Source: Hydrolagus colliei (taxonomy: Eukaryota). Taken from it: DNA of 64,000 nt. How positions within the stretch are numbered: position 1 is the first letter of the stretch; each line of letters opens with the position of its first letter. The position numbers were made by a program, and so were the translations under genes. Positions 39,070 through 52,233 of the stretch are shown piece after piece. Location of the stretch: contig CM068748.1 of assembly GCA_035084275.1 (NCBI GenBank), positions 3,348,001 through 3,412,000 on the forward strand, written 5' to 3'. The notes under the pieces are model-generated. The model worked only from the letters and a program-made list of their open reading frames with translations, searched no databases and was not told the origin of the DNA.

Positions 39070-39519
39070 CTAATATTTGATTCAGTGCCTTCACATCAGG
39101 AGAAGCCTAACAGGCTTCACCGCAAAGTGTAGACAAAAAATGGCAGCCAATTTAAGCATCAGTCATGAAATGATTAATCAAACTTAATGGGTGATGTTCT
39201 CCTGAAATGGAAGGCGCTATACAAATGTAATTTTGTTGTTGTTGTTAACTGGGGAATTGTTGGCTAGAGCACTGCAAGAAACTTCTCTTCGAATGTTAAC
39301 ACAGGATCTTTAACATCCACCTGAACACACAGAGGAGAAACTCATGTTTTTACACCTTCCCAAACAAAGAAAGACACCTCTAACAATGCAGTATCTCCCA
39401 CTGCACTGTATCGGACTAACAGTCAAGTCTGTGAGTTCAAAGGTTGCAATGTAGGGTTTGAACCCACAATCTTTGGACTAAAAGTTGAGAGTGCTACTAA
39501 TTGTGCCAGGCTGACACTC
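39070..39519 (-). mobile_element. Ancient Deu-domain SINE (SacSINE1/AmnSINE1-like), degenerate, with an L2 tail inserted near 39200-39245
   Basis: ggatctttaacatccacctga..gacacctctaacaatgcagtatctccc..ctgcactg..tttgaacccacaatc..gagagtgctactaattgtgcca matches the reverse complement of the Deu domain and tRNA head as I recall them. Confidence 0.7.
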
Positions 39520-41817
39520 ACAAGAGGCAGAAGATTGAATTCAGAAAGGATCGGAACTTAGTAATGCATTGGTGCCAATTAAAAGCCAGACCAGCTGTTC
39601 TACTTTTGAGTTTGCCAAAACTTCTATTTAACTCATCCCTGGCAATACAAGTGCAGTGTTCTGTCTGCAACAATTTAAAGCTTATTCTCATTAATTAGAA
39701 TAGCCAGTTGCATACATTTCTATGTTTTCTTTTGTTTTCTGTTCTCACAGAAACCACTGCCTACTTGGCACGTTTCGTTGGTTCCAGTCATTTTGGAGGA
39801 TGGGTTGGGGGAGCGGGAGAAAGAAGATAGGTTATCATATAACCAGTGAATTCCGAATGAGTTTACTTACTTACCCCCAAATCCTCCAACACCAACTCGC
39901 CAAACCCATTCTGGCGTACTGGATTTTGGCAAGCTGCACAGATACTGTGTAGTGATACTGAATCACACATAAACATGACAAACAGATTTCAGTGACAGGT
40001 GGTTCAGGATTTCAAACCTGCAGCCATCTGGCCAGGCAGGTGCACGTTAGCCCGTCTTATCAGCCAACCCACAAAGATCCTTTTTACTGAGTACGTACCA
40101 TTTGACTAAGTAATTTCAGGTCCTCAAAGTGAATCGTGAGTTGCACAAGTGCCTTAAGTATCTGTGCATCATAACTGTCCTTTCAATCACCGTCTATGAA
40201 ACCAGAACTACAGAACACTACTGAACCATATAATTTAGGTGGGCGAAGGGTCATTCTCTGGAATTAATCATCATCCAGATCCAGGAAACTTAATGACAAC
40301 GTTTCTGTGAATTATAGAAAACTTACAAAGAACTTGTCATGCTAATGGACACAATCAATCAAAAAAGCAGTCATGCAAAGAAAAGAAGGTTGTTTCACGA
40401 ACATCCTACATCTTGGGTTCTTTGATTAAAATCTATAGTTCCTGGAGTACTTTCAAGCCGCACTCTGTTTCTCATAATATGCCCTAAAATGTAGACGTCT
40501 TACTGCTGTAAGTTTCAGGGAAATGGTTTCAGAGAGTATTACACTTGCTGGATACAAGAAAAGCTCTATTGCCAACAATACAGACAAAACCTTTTATTTC
40601 CATCAGAGGAGAAGGAATGAACAATCAGGCGACTTTAGGCCCTGGTAGTCAGATCAGAAACGTTTCAATCAAAAAAGGGAAGAATTGAATTCAGACCCAA
40701 AGTTCACTGAAACAGAAAGTTCTTTGCCTGAGGAACTTGCAGTCAGAAGCTTCTCAGAGAACCTGGGAAATCTAATGCCACAGAAATTAAATCTCATGCC
40801 TGCCAGTGAAATGTAAAGTTATAGAAGGATTGTCACCTAGTCACCAAGGAAAGTGTGCTGTAGCTTTACTTCAGAAGTGAGGGTATTTAGGGATATGAAG
40901 AACGATAGGCGAAATGGAATTAAAAGATCTGCCATGACCTAATATACAGTGGAGGAACTGACTGAATTATCTCCTCTTATTCCTATGTCTCCTCAAATAA
41001 CAAGTATATTACACTACGAGCTTTACTAAAATGGGAACAAAGGCTAAATTGGTCACTGTAACATTCTCTACACCTACTACACCTACAATTCACTGATAAG
41101 TCCGGCAGGTTGGTCAACTATCTATGGTACCTTGAAACCTGTAGATCTGCCAAGAGAAACTGTTGATAGGTAGATTGCTGTGTCCTTTGCGTATGCTGCT
41201 GAAGATACCAACGCAGAATGTGAAACAAAAGTAAAGAGTCAGCAACCTAATATATCAAGCGCTGCCTCCAGCAAATAAGTACTGCAAGACAATGATCTAT
41301 GGGTGAACAGAGGGAACATAAAACAGCAAATTGTCCCACTGTGCATTCACGGCAGGGCTGAGTGCTGAACTGAAATATAAACTTATTGTGACCCACGTTG
41401 ACCTATTATGGATAAATTCTCTGAAACCCCAGTTGACTCAGTTCAGATTGAGACTTATTAGCCCCTTGACTTGGGACAAAATAATTTCCATCTGTAATTC
41501 TAATTTCCACTCCCTGCCATTGTCAGTTTTACATACATGGGGTCAAATTGTCCCTTTGCAATAACTTGTATTTGGTGTCCCACCAATGAATGCCTCTCTT
41601 TAGTGGGTCAGTGCCCATCGCTGGAACAGTACAGGGTAACCTGTGTGTTTCAATGTAACTGATTTTATTAGGAGATGTGGGTGAAGACCAAAGACCGAAT
41701 ATGTAGATGAACAACGATGAAAAGACGAGAGAAAAACGTGAGCTAAATCAATAAGCAATAGTTACACAATATCAAACTTGATGTTAACAAATATGTACAT
41801 TTTAGGGTTACGTCCTT

Positions 41818-42128
41818 GTAGAGTCCTGTGGCTCAGTGGTTAGAGCACTCACCTTACAAGCGAGAGATCTGGGTTCGATTCTAGGCAAGGCGAAACATTG
41901 TGCAAATTTCCTTGCTCCACACGTCTGATAATAATTGCTCAAGAAAAAAAAAACAATGAATTGATCATTTCAATCCACGACTGTTTCTGGGACACTGCTG
42001 TGTGCAACTGGCTGCAGCATTTTGCTCACAAATATACAGTCAATTCACTTTACAGTATATTCTTGAAGTGTTTTGAGACTCCAAGAAGACATGATAAGGC
42101 GTTATATCAAATGCAAGGATTATTATAT
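41818..42128 (+). mobile_element. tRNA-derived SINE, short variant
   Basis: tggctcagtggttagagc A box, ggttcgattct B box, same body and tail. Confidence 0.92.
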
Positions 42129-43879
42129 AATGGGAAACTTTGGGAGCTAATATGTTGCTTGGTCTTAAGAACCTCGGAAATAATCAATTGGAGGAAAAGT
42201 GGGTTATTGATATTTATCTCAACACAGTGAGCATGCAAGACGTGTATTGGAAGGGATAGTTAGAGAGCTTGGGTAGAAAAAGAGAGAACTATCAGATGTG
42301 TCATGACAACATGGAGAAAAACAGGAAAGGGTACAATGAAAAGAGGGCAGAGATTTGTGGCTGGAGCATGCAGGATTGAGACATCCAGGATTGATGTGGT
42401 GCAGAAACTTTGCATAATTTGATCGGATTATTCACATAGTAGCATTAATGTGATAATAAAACAAACACTACTAAATATTTCAGGTCTTTAGTAGCTGGGT
42501 GACCAACAGATGTACTGGCCATAAGCAGCAATCTAGACAAGCTGGGGTTCATTCAGTATGACAATAAACAACACATTGCTGTGTATGATATTAAGAATGC
42601 AGTAAATTACAGATGCTATATTATTGTTGGGTAAAATAGAACACATGCAACAATTAATTTGCTATAAAATGTTCAAGTTAGATTTTATTGCTGGCTTCAG
42701 CAAACACTTGTATATTTTACAGGTTTATAAATCAACACTCTGTCCACAGTGTAAATGGCAAGGTGCAATGTATTACCGGAATTTACAATAAGTGCTACGC
42801 TCATCAATTAACTATTTCATTTATAAAATACTCAGCTAGTTCCGAGATTGGATGTGCACACAACCCTACCAGGCCTGTATGATTCAATCGATACCAAAAA
42901 CAAATCATTGCAATCTTGTTGCTTCAAATTATCTACCAGCTCAGCCAGACCAGCAATATATGCTTTTCTTAGATAAGGATATACAAAAGATATTAAACAG
43001 TGTGCAAAATGGATTTGTATTCAATGGATAAACTGTCATGCAGACAAACGGATGCAATTCTTCGCCTAAATTAATTGCAGAAAGCAGACACTTGTCATTC
43101 TAAGGAAGCTGATGGAAAGAAGCCCGGGTTAGACGTAACTCAATCTAATTAGACTGAGCTCTGACTGGAGACAGCTTGGCCTGCAATACTTCAGAAACAA
43201 GGGGAACAAGCATGTAGGCTGCAATATACATGTCACAAGCAATAACTGGCAAGAGCTGAAATAGATTGATTAAATTACAACCATATCTGAAGTGAAATCA
43301 GTATCAATGAATATAATATGCATTGTGGACAATTCTTTATGACTTTTGCACATAATTATCTTTGCAATCCATTTCTGAAAATGAACAATTTTGATTTTAA
43401 ATCTTTCTCGCCCAATGAAATAGAAAATGTAATGCTGTTTGTTTGCCAGAAGAATGATTTCTCCACTTAATACTCTAATGTGGAATGTCATTTATACCTT
43501 TAAAGAACGTACAGCACTGACACTCAAAGCCACACATACTGTAAGCATAATGCTAATACTCAGTCATTTGAATACTGTATTATACAAATATAGCTTCTCC
43601 AATTCCCAACTATGATTAATGTATGGATAGCCACTGGGCTTAAAAATTATCATGATTTCTAAAATATAATACTGTTGCATTTGCAAACAGTATGTTGTTG
43701 AGTTGAGCTATGTGCTATCATCTGTGATTGAAAAAAAAGCATTGTTATAATTACAAATGTTGTTAAATAGTCTGGGTATTTATTTAGCGCACAAGTATAC
43801 AGTTGGCTTTCCTGCTCTCTTTCCCCCTGCCCCGACACCACCCATTGACATCTTTTCCCCCCCATTTCCCTTAATCCCA

Positions 43880-44055
43880 CTTCCATGACTGTCTGTGCGC
43901 AATTTAGCTGCCTAGTTTCGCCCACAAATATACAGTCAATTTTCCTACTCTTCTTCATCCTGCCCCGACCCCTCCCTCCATGCCCTTGTCCCTACCTAAC
44001 TGTACAGTGCCTTGGGATGTCCTCTCGACGTGAAAGACGCTATATATATGTAAGT
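43880..44055 (+). mobile_element. SINE body fragment joined to an L2 3' end
   Basis: ccatgactgtctgtgcgcaatt..cgcccacaaatatacagtcaatt, then a C-rich tract and gccttgggatgtcctctcgacgtgaaagacgctatata. Confidence 0.7.
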
Positions 44056-44056
44056 A

Positions 44057-44077
44057 TTGATTGATTGATTGATTGAT
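44057..44077. repeat. (ATTG)n microsatellite after an L2 tail
   Basis: attgattgattgattgattga. Confidence 0.85.
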
Positions 44078-44749
44078 ATTGGCAGTCACGAGACTGATTA
44101 CTGTGTGGACTAGTTGGACCATATATGCAGCTTCCCTGAGCTTGAAGAACACTTCTACCCAAGCCAACAGAAAAGAATCCATACTTTATGGTACTGTAAT
44201 AAGTTATATCTTTTACTCTAACACTATACATCCACCCAACCCGCAAGACTTAAACTTTGAGGTGTTTTGGGGCCAGGGTTGAAATCCCTTGATCCAAGCA
44301 CAGTGATTCCTCTCCGAAAATGCAGTTTACACCTCAAAGTGCAAGACGCCCATACCATTAGCATTTGAGGAGAAGTACATTGTCAAACTATCACCTCTTT
44401 TCCCAGTCAATCCAACAAGAGCTTGTGTCTCTTGTTCCATGGTTGTTCAGTATAGGCAGGTGTCTCACTTTCCTGGTGGTCTAATATATGTATTTGTACA
44501 ACTTCCTGGTCCATTTAGTAGGAATTTGTGTGGTCTAATGTACATATTATCCGGCAATGCTGGTGGTCTTGAAGGGGTAACTGTTTAGTTTCCTGTAGAA
44601 CCAGTAGAGGTAATTACTCCCGGTCTAATGGGGGTATGTTCTCAATTTCTGGGGTTAAATAGCTTCTCGTATCTCATCCAATTCTCTTGCCTTTTACAGC
44701 TTCAGCAAAGCAAAGAGGGGGGATGAGGTGTGAGAGTATGAATCAATCC

Positions 44750-44804
44750 ATGCATTCATTCATTCAATCATTCATTCATTCATTCATTCATTCAATCATT
44801 CATT
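44750..44804. repeat. (CATT)n microsatellite
   Basis: Direct inspection; two interruptions. Confidence 0.95.
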
Positions 44805-45037
44805 GCATGTTCAGTCAGTGAAACTTGGCTATTTTGTGAAAGAAGATGTAATCTGCTTTGGTGTATTTCAACCAAAACAAATAAACAGAGAGACGCTATT
44901 TATTTCAATGTGTTTGCAATCTGTCCGTCTGTTTTTCAGCTGCAACCTCATGCTTCTCCTACTTGTGATTTATTGCCCTTGTTATAGTTAAGGAGTTGAT
45001 ACACATTTAACAACATCCCACTTATAGTTTTTCCCCG

Positions 45038-45335
45038 ATGGGCCCAGTGGGTAAAGGCTCTGCTGGGTGCAGCACTATGCCGTACAGACCAGAAGGCTGC
45101 AAGATGGAATTGCAATAATTCTTGCATCTGTTCTTTACTGATTCAGCTCATCTCAGCCAGACAGCAGCTGATGTATTGCAATTGTCCTCTATGCCTCTGA
45201 ATTTGGCGGAGATAAAATCAGCCAAATTTCCTGCCCCTGATTCAAAGAAGCTTCCTGGTAGATGGATGGCTACTGAGTGAGGCCGAGCGAGGACAAGATC
45301 TTGTGCTTTGTTGCCAACACTCACTCAGTCACATG
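45038..45335 (+). mobile_element. Old SINE-like dispersed repeat, third family
   Basis: ccagtgggtaaa..gccgtacagaccagaagg..agctcatctcagcca..aaaatcagcca..gaggacaagat. Reverse-complement relatives at about 19210-19370, 52515-52760, 56505-56650 and 37430-37520. Confidence 0.55.
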
Positions 45336-45487
45336 GTCGAGGTACCAAAGTGCTGGTTTCCCTCAACAACAAAACTACATTTATAGAGCGCCTTTCATGT
45401 CGGGAGGACATCCAAGTATTTCCCTCACGTGGCCAGCTTGCTGAAGCTCAAAAAGCCCCAGTGCATTTAGCTTCAATGATAACTAAA

Positions 45488-45610
45488 CAATAATAATCCT
45501 TGCATTTGAAATAGCGCCTTATCGCATCTTTGAGATGTCTCAAAGTTCTTCACAAGATATACTGTAAAGTGGATTGAGCGTTTATTTTGTGGGCAAAACG
45601 CAGCAGCCAC
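45488..45610 (-). mobile_element. SINE 3' fragment
   Basis: aataataatccttgcatttgaaatagcgcc..tgtgggcaaaacgcagcagcca. Confidence 0.8.
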
Positions 45611-46491
45611 GCAGGAGTGAGCGACCAGAATCCAGGTGGGGAAGTGGAGGAAAAAGTGTGCAAGTCTGCTGTTATTTATGACAAGAAGAATATCTTTCAC
45701 TAATTTAAAAAAAAGAATCTGGATCACATCTTTTTCACATCTCTCCATTAAAAATACCATCAAACAGTTCAGAATCACCCTGCTTTTCAACACGATTTGA
45801 AAAATGCTGATCTTCACATAATGAATATCTGATAGAAAGTCCTCAGCGCAACAGGACTTGAAATGCATCTGATAAGTCATCAACAATTGCTCTTGTATTT
45901 CTGCTGAGTAGACAGTGCTTCACTAACTTTACACAGCAAGGACTGATAACTACAAACAGCTTTGATGTAGCTCTTAAGCAATCCCTCTGTCCTGTCGAAA
46001 AGCAGAGAAGCCCGAGTCCTATCATGTTGTCGATGTTAATAATGTGATATGACAGTTTCTGGGCAGCTAATCATCATGCTTCTTATCAAAACAAACACAC
46101 TGATGGTTCTGGTTATTTTACTGCATTTTGTTGACATGGTTGGAGTTTTTTGGGGTTTGTGGAGCTGTTAATCACGGACACTTCCAACAAGCAACAATTT
46201 CACGTGCTTCATTTTGAATACAAATCAAAGAACTTGCCAAAAGAAGCGATGCATACATTACACCAGTGTAAACGTCCCACTTGAGATTTTTACAGTGGGT
46301 GGTCATGCAGCATAACAGTTGCTCACAGTGACGTATACACCACTGTCCCACCCCCAGTTCTCAGGTGCTAAAACTGCACTACAGTGTACTTTAGAATTTA
46401 TGCTGGGTGTACACTGGCAGTGAACCCTTCATACAGTGCGATGCTCAATTTGTGCTCTGTAAGCAAAACTTTCTCCTCCCAAGAAAGGTAT

Positions 46492-46974
46492 TCATAGAAT
46501 CATAGAATCATAGAATTTTACGGCACAAAAGGAGGCCATTCGGCCCATCTAGTCTGTGCCGGCTCTTTGAAAAGAGCGATTCAATCCCACTGCCCTGCCC
46601 GCTCCCCATAGCCTAATAGACCCGTACTCCCTAAATAAAGATCTAATTCCCTTTTAAAAGTTGTTATCGAATCAGCCTCCACCACCTTTTCAGGCAATGC
46701 ATTCCAGATTCGAACAACTCGCTGAGTGAAAAAAATTCTCCTCAGCTCCCCTCTACTTCGCCTTGAAACTATTTTAAATCTGTGACCACGAGTCACAGAT
46801 TCACCCACGAGTGGAAATAGTTTTTCTCTATTTGCCCTGTCGAAACCCCTCATGATCTTATAAACCTCTATTAGGTCTCCCCTCAATCTTCTCTGCTCCA
46901 GAGAGAATAACCCTAGCCTATCTAGCCTCTCCTCATAGCTGAAGTCCCTCAATCCTGGCACCATCCTAGTAAAT
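46492..46974 (-). mobile_element. 5'-truncated CR1 LINE, same young family as 21205-21935
   Basis: ORF 46581..46964 is identical to the C-terminus of ORF 21290..21889 except R->S. Same 3' UTR and octamer tail. Confidence 0.95.
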
Positions 46975-47396
46975 TGATGATCAAATAAATTGAACTGATC
47001 AGCTTGCCAAGACTTTTACAATATACATCATCTTTAGAAGTCGTAAAAGCAGCATCTTGAAACCTGAATATGATTTAGTATGAGTCTCTTGGAAACAGGA
47101 GAATTGTATGTGATAAGATGTGTTTGCCTCCCACCCTAAATGACTGCTCCTATCAATCCAATGTTGGGCGAAAATTACTTTTATTTTGATCCTTTCAGTT
47201 TTGAAGAGCACCCAAAGGATTTATGGATTAATTTTAACATTTTCAATATACAGTACATCACCAAGTGTTCAAAAATTAAAGTTCAAACGGCTGCCCAACT
47301 CTCCAGAAAAAGCAATCCAAAATGGTGAATGGCTGTTACTAATTCAAACTTATATCAAACAGGGCGTTTTCATTCAATGGGAAATGCTCATCCAGA

Positions 47397-47561
47397 ATAA
47401 TAATAATAATCAACCTTGCATTTGATACAGATATTTTCACATCCCTATTGACATCTCAAAGCCTTTCACAGAATATATTGTAAAATGAATTGACTGTATA
47501 TTTGTTGGCGAAATGCGCAGCCAATTGCACACAGCAGTGTCCCACAAAAAGTCATGGATTG
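47397..47561 (-). mobile_element. SINE 3' half
   Basis: (aat)n ..ccttgcatttgata..gcagccaattgcacacagcagtgtcccaca..catggattg. Confidence 0.85.
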
Positions 47562-47924
47562 TTGTGTAGACTGATGTGAATTAGCCAAAGCAAGTAGAAG
47601 GAAAAACTGGTTTCAAGCCTAGTGAATCTGCATTAAAGTAGGAGAGGTACCTTTGCAAAGCTGAAAATATATTCCAGAAAGCTCTAGTTAATGTACAAAC
47701 TTTGTATCGGAGTGGAATATTTTGGTTCATGTCCATAGCAGTACTGCCATGTACATCTAGAATCCAGTGAAGATTTTTTTTGTTGTAAATCACAATTATT
47801 TGGAATCACAATGGTTAATTTAAATCTGCAAAGAAATAAAGAATATTTCTTAAAAAAAGCTAGTGAAACCACCTTTTAATTTTTCGTATTATTTTTATAT
47901 TATACTGTGATCCAAATCATCGTT

Positions 47925-48214
47925 GTGGAGTCCTGTAGTTCAGTGGTTAAGAGCACTCGCCTTAAAAGCGATTCCAGGCAGGGCGAAACCTTGGGCAAGT
48001 TTCCTTACTCCACACGCCTGATAATAATCTCTAAAAAAAATGGTTTATTTCAGTCCATGACTATTTGTGGGACACTACTGTGTGCAATTGGCTGCCACGT
48101 TTTGCCCACAAATATACAGTCAATTTACTATACAGTATATTCTGTGATCCGCTTTGAGACATTTATAAGATGTGAAAAGCGCTATATCAAATGCAAAGAT
48201 TATTATGATTATTA
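47925..48214 (+). mobile_element. tRNA-derived SINE, short variant (small deletion in head)
   Basis: gtggagtcctgtagttcagtggttaagagc..; same body and tail. Confidence 0.9.
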
Positions 48215-49814
48215 AATGTCTATGGCTCCATTCAGTGCTGGCAATAGTTATCATCAACTTCGTATGTATTTACAATCTGGATGTAGCTCCACTAACTTTG
48301 TTGTTTTAAGCATAAATGTTGCATTGTACCCAACCGTAACTTTTAAAATGATCCACATGAAAAAAATTATGTAGTGCCCCAAAAAGTTAAAGAAAAAAAA
48401 CATGCATTGTTCTCTCGAAGTTGGGTGTGTGCAACAGAGATTTCTTTGGGACTTTAAGTTATTCAGGCACCATTTTTTCACCTGTTTTCAGGAATATTGT
48501 CGTTATGTGACAGAAACAGCTGCAGGAGCTACTCAATAATTCAGTGAAGCATCTAATCTGCATGTTAGAAACCCATAATTTAGCAAGGGTTTACTATACA
48601 GTACTAGCTTTCTAACTCCCATTGTGGTCTTGGACACAGGTTTGTTTGATAAAATAGTGGGGCCTGATACATCATGAATATTCAGACCTTTTATCAGGAT
48701 AATATAAATTAAATGCATATGCTTCAGCTGTTCTAAAGACACTTAATGGCCATGGAAAATTCCTTGCTGGTAATTTGCCCTCACTTCCTACTAATTAAAT
48801 GGAACGTTGATGTCCTTGCATTGTGGAACACTGTTCTCCTTTAAGAAACTAAAAAGAGAGAGCCTTTAAAGGGCTAATGGTAGCTAACTGTCCAGTTTCC
48901 AGAATAAAACTTAATTACAGAATGTGGGTATCAAAAAGATGACAGACAAGCATATAAGATACAGCAGGAAATGAATAAGGTAATATGAGATGCATTGTTG
49001 CTTTTTAACAGAGCAGGGGGTTTGAAACCTATCCAAGCTACGAGCACTCTTTTAAAATCACGTTTTCAAATTTCTCATTGTAAATCTGACCAGTAAACTA
49101 TAGTACTGTATATTACTAACCTGGACACTTGTGCTCAGTTTGTTTCACTGTACTAAAATGTCCAGAAATCTTAGCTTAGGCCCTGGAACTTGGATATCTT
49201 TGGTTTCCATTTATTTGATTTGGGAACCATGGCAGACATTTCTTCTGCTGCTGTTCCCTGCCTATGAAGATCCCATTTGGCTTTGTACAACAAGAAGAAG
49301 AAAAAGAAATGGCAGGAAGCCCAAAGCTCATGTTTATTGTAGTGGAATCCCAAATAAAAGAATTATATAAAATCTAAGGAGTCAAATGCAAGGATTATTG
49401 TTAATGCTGCAAAACATTGCACTGCTGGGTGGCACCATGTGTGTTCCAGACACAATTTCTTTCACATATTGAAGCCCTAGTTTTCGGGAGGACCCAGCAA
49501 AAATACAAACAATGCAACCTGGGCTACTTAAGTGTAATGATAGGTTTCTCTGCACTATTGACATAAGCTTGGAAGCATGAGTCCTGCGATTTCCCAGATG
49601 AGTTCCATCAGATCACGTATTTGGCTGGTGGTGAAGTTTCAGGTCAGCCTATAGATGCTCACGTGATCTGTGAACTGATCGACAATAGAACAACAATAAT
49701 TTGCACTTGTATAATGTCTTCCACGCAAGTTAGCGTCTCAGAGCATTTGAAGAACTCAAGTCAAATAGGATTATCCTCATTATCGTTATTTATTCCAATT
49801 CTGAAACATGTCAA

Positions 49815-49928
49815 AATAATAATAATAATCCTTGCATTTTGAGATAGCACTTTTCACATCTTTTAGTCATCTCAAAATGCTTCACAGAATGTACTGTAAA
49901 GTGAATTGACTGTATATTTGTGGGCGAT
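49815..49928 (-). mobile_element. SINE 3' fragment
   Basis: (aat)n ccttgcatttt..tactgtaaagtgaattgactgtatatttgtgggcga. Confidence 0.82.
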
Positions 49929-50695
49929 ATAGTTTAGGACGTGTGTGTGGAGCTATGAAACATTTGTGAAGATGACACAAACTAGGCAGTACCCCCAACC
50001 ACCACTTCCTGCCCCCCACCCTAAACCACCAACCACCCCACCTGGCCTAACACTAAGTCAAGAGATAGAGACAAAAGACAAATGGCTAAGAAAAAGATTG
50101 GCATAGTGACACAATGTGTATTTGTGCATTAACACACAGCCCTGTGGTGTGGTGGGTGTATGCTATTTACTGCGTAAGTAACCTCAGCTTTGCCATCAGC
50201 TTTGCCATCAGTATTCCTGCTAAAAACAGGAACAATAGAATAAACAGTTATTTTCATCCTCTTAAAAGCACACATTTGCTCACAGAGATGCTCATTATTC
50301 CTAGCTAATCATCCAGTTTTACCGCAGATTTAGTGCTGCTTGTTGGAAGTAGCTCTACATGCACCAATGGTTGAAAACACATGTTTGGGGAAAGCATGGA
50401 GCAAGAAAAAGGCCGTAAGCGTATGAGCTATGCACAAATATACTGCAACTTGTGGGCTGATTCCTTAAATCTAAGCAAAGATTGCTGTACTCATCTTTCA
50501 ATAGACCAAATGATCACATCTTCTGGGGTGTCTTCCCGATGTGATATATGCTTACAAATGTCATTTCTTGTTGTCGTTGTTCAGTTTGACAACATAAAAC
50601 ACCTTGGTAAAATATAATTTTTTGTCCCACAGGATGTCAGGGCTCAAGAAATTGTTCAAATATTAATTCAAGCTACTGCTGATCACTCTTCACTA

Positions 50696-50985
50696 CAACA
50701 ATAATCCTTACATTTGATATAGCGCTTTTTACATCTTCTAAACCACTCAAAGCGCTTCACAGAATATAGGGTAAAGTGAATTGACTGTATATTTGTGGGC
50801 AAAATGCAGCAGCCATTTAGCACAGTAGTGTCTTGCAAACAGTTGTGGATTGAGTGACCAAATTATTCTTGTTTTTTCTCTTGAGGGATTATTATCAGGC
50901 GTGTGGAGTAAGGAAACTTGCCCAAGGTTTCGTACTGCTGGGAATCGAACCCAGGTCTCTTGCTTGCAAGGCAGACTTTCACTAT
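50696..50985 (-). mobile_element. tRNA-derived SINE, short variant
   Basis: Reverse complement: gggttcgattccc B box, ccaagtttccttactccacacgcctgataataat-type body, tail. Confidence 0.9.
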
Positions 50986-51916
50986 CTTTCAATTCAATTG
51001 CCAACCCTGTACACATTCTGCTGAGGCAGTCATTAAATAGATGTTGATAGAGATCCATTAATCCTTTAGTTGATGGTAAACAAAATCCACACTCTGACGT
51101 GATCAAACACTGCTGCCTCTCCACCCTAAGCAACTTCTGTTGCTTCACTTGCAACAAATTCGACTAGACTAGAGAAGGCAAATTATACAGGGAAAGGCAA
51201 TTTGATTCATTTATAAAGCAGTTAAAAAAAAGTACTTCTGGGCATATGCTCAGGAATCAAGAACACAACTGCTTGTCATTTGCATTCACCGCGTACTTGT
51301 TTAATGACAGTCCTGTTAGCACGTACCACATTTAACACTTCTCTTCTCCATGCCGGTTCATTATAGCCGACTGCTTTAATTTTCTTGAGTTCTTTCTGTT
51401 ATGTTTCTTTCTTTAAACTCTCGACATTGGTTTAGCAACTCCAGCTGTCATATTCTCTGGATTTATTAGATTTTCACTGTAACTATATTGAATCTTCAGG
51501 GTTTCACAGCTTTGGTTAAGTGCCAAAACTGTAATACTCATTTTTCAGTTTTGATACTACAATATCAGCCCCAGACATCCTACTCCCTTACCAGACTACC
51601 CACTCGCTAACATACTTGATCTCCTATGGGCTATAGCCTTGACTTTGTCGGCCACACACTCATTATGCTTGTCCAAGACAAGCTTTTCATTGGAACAATT
51701 TACTCCAATCCCTTTCTTTAAACCCCTTCATATCTTTAAGCGCTTTGAGACACTGCCCTGCATTAAAGGTGCTATATAAATGTAAATTGCTGCTAAAGTT
51801 ATTGTGTTCATCCTATTCCCATTTAAATCATTCGAGATTAATGTCTTTATGACACAAAACGACCGAAATATAAACAAAAAAATATTCCACCTGCCTAATA
51901 ATATTCCTTAAGAGTT

Positions 51917-52233
51917 GTGGAGTCCTTTAGCTCGGTGGTTAGAACACTCAGCTTACATGCGAAAGACCTGGGTTCAATTCCCGGCACTGCTAAATCTTGG
52001 ACAAGTTTCGATACTCCACATGCCTGATAATAATCCCTAAGAAATATAAACAAACAAATTTAAAAAATTGGTCACTTCAATCCACGTCTATTTGTGGGAC
52101 CCTGCTGTGTTTCGCCCACAAATATACAGTCAATTCATTTTACAGTGTATTCTGTGAAGCACTTTGAGACGACTAGAAGAAATGCAAAGAGCTCTATCAA
52201 ATGCAAGGATTATTACAATTATTAATATTATTA
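51917..52233 (+). mobile_element. tRNA-derived SINE, short variant
   Basis: gtggagtcctttagctcggtggttagaac..ggttcaattcc; same tail. Confidence 0.9.

Noticed and set aside
41821-41890. tRNA-like sequences here and at 2906, 9778, 31639, 47925 and 51917
   Set aside because: They have A/B boxes but continue into a shared SINE body and tail and lack a clean acceptor stem. These are SINE heads, not tRNA genes.
44440-44660. Loose tggtctaat/tcctggt repeats
   Set aside because: Too degenerate to define a unit by eye; no further support.
46255-46430. Possible old palindromic MITE (ttacaccagtgtaaa ... tgtacactgg)
   Set aside because: Only short imperfect arms; no TSD or second copy identified.
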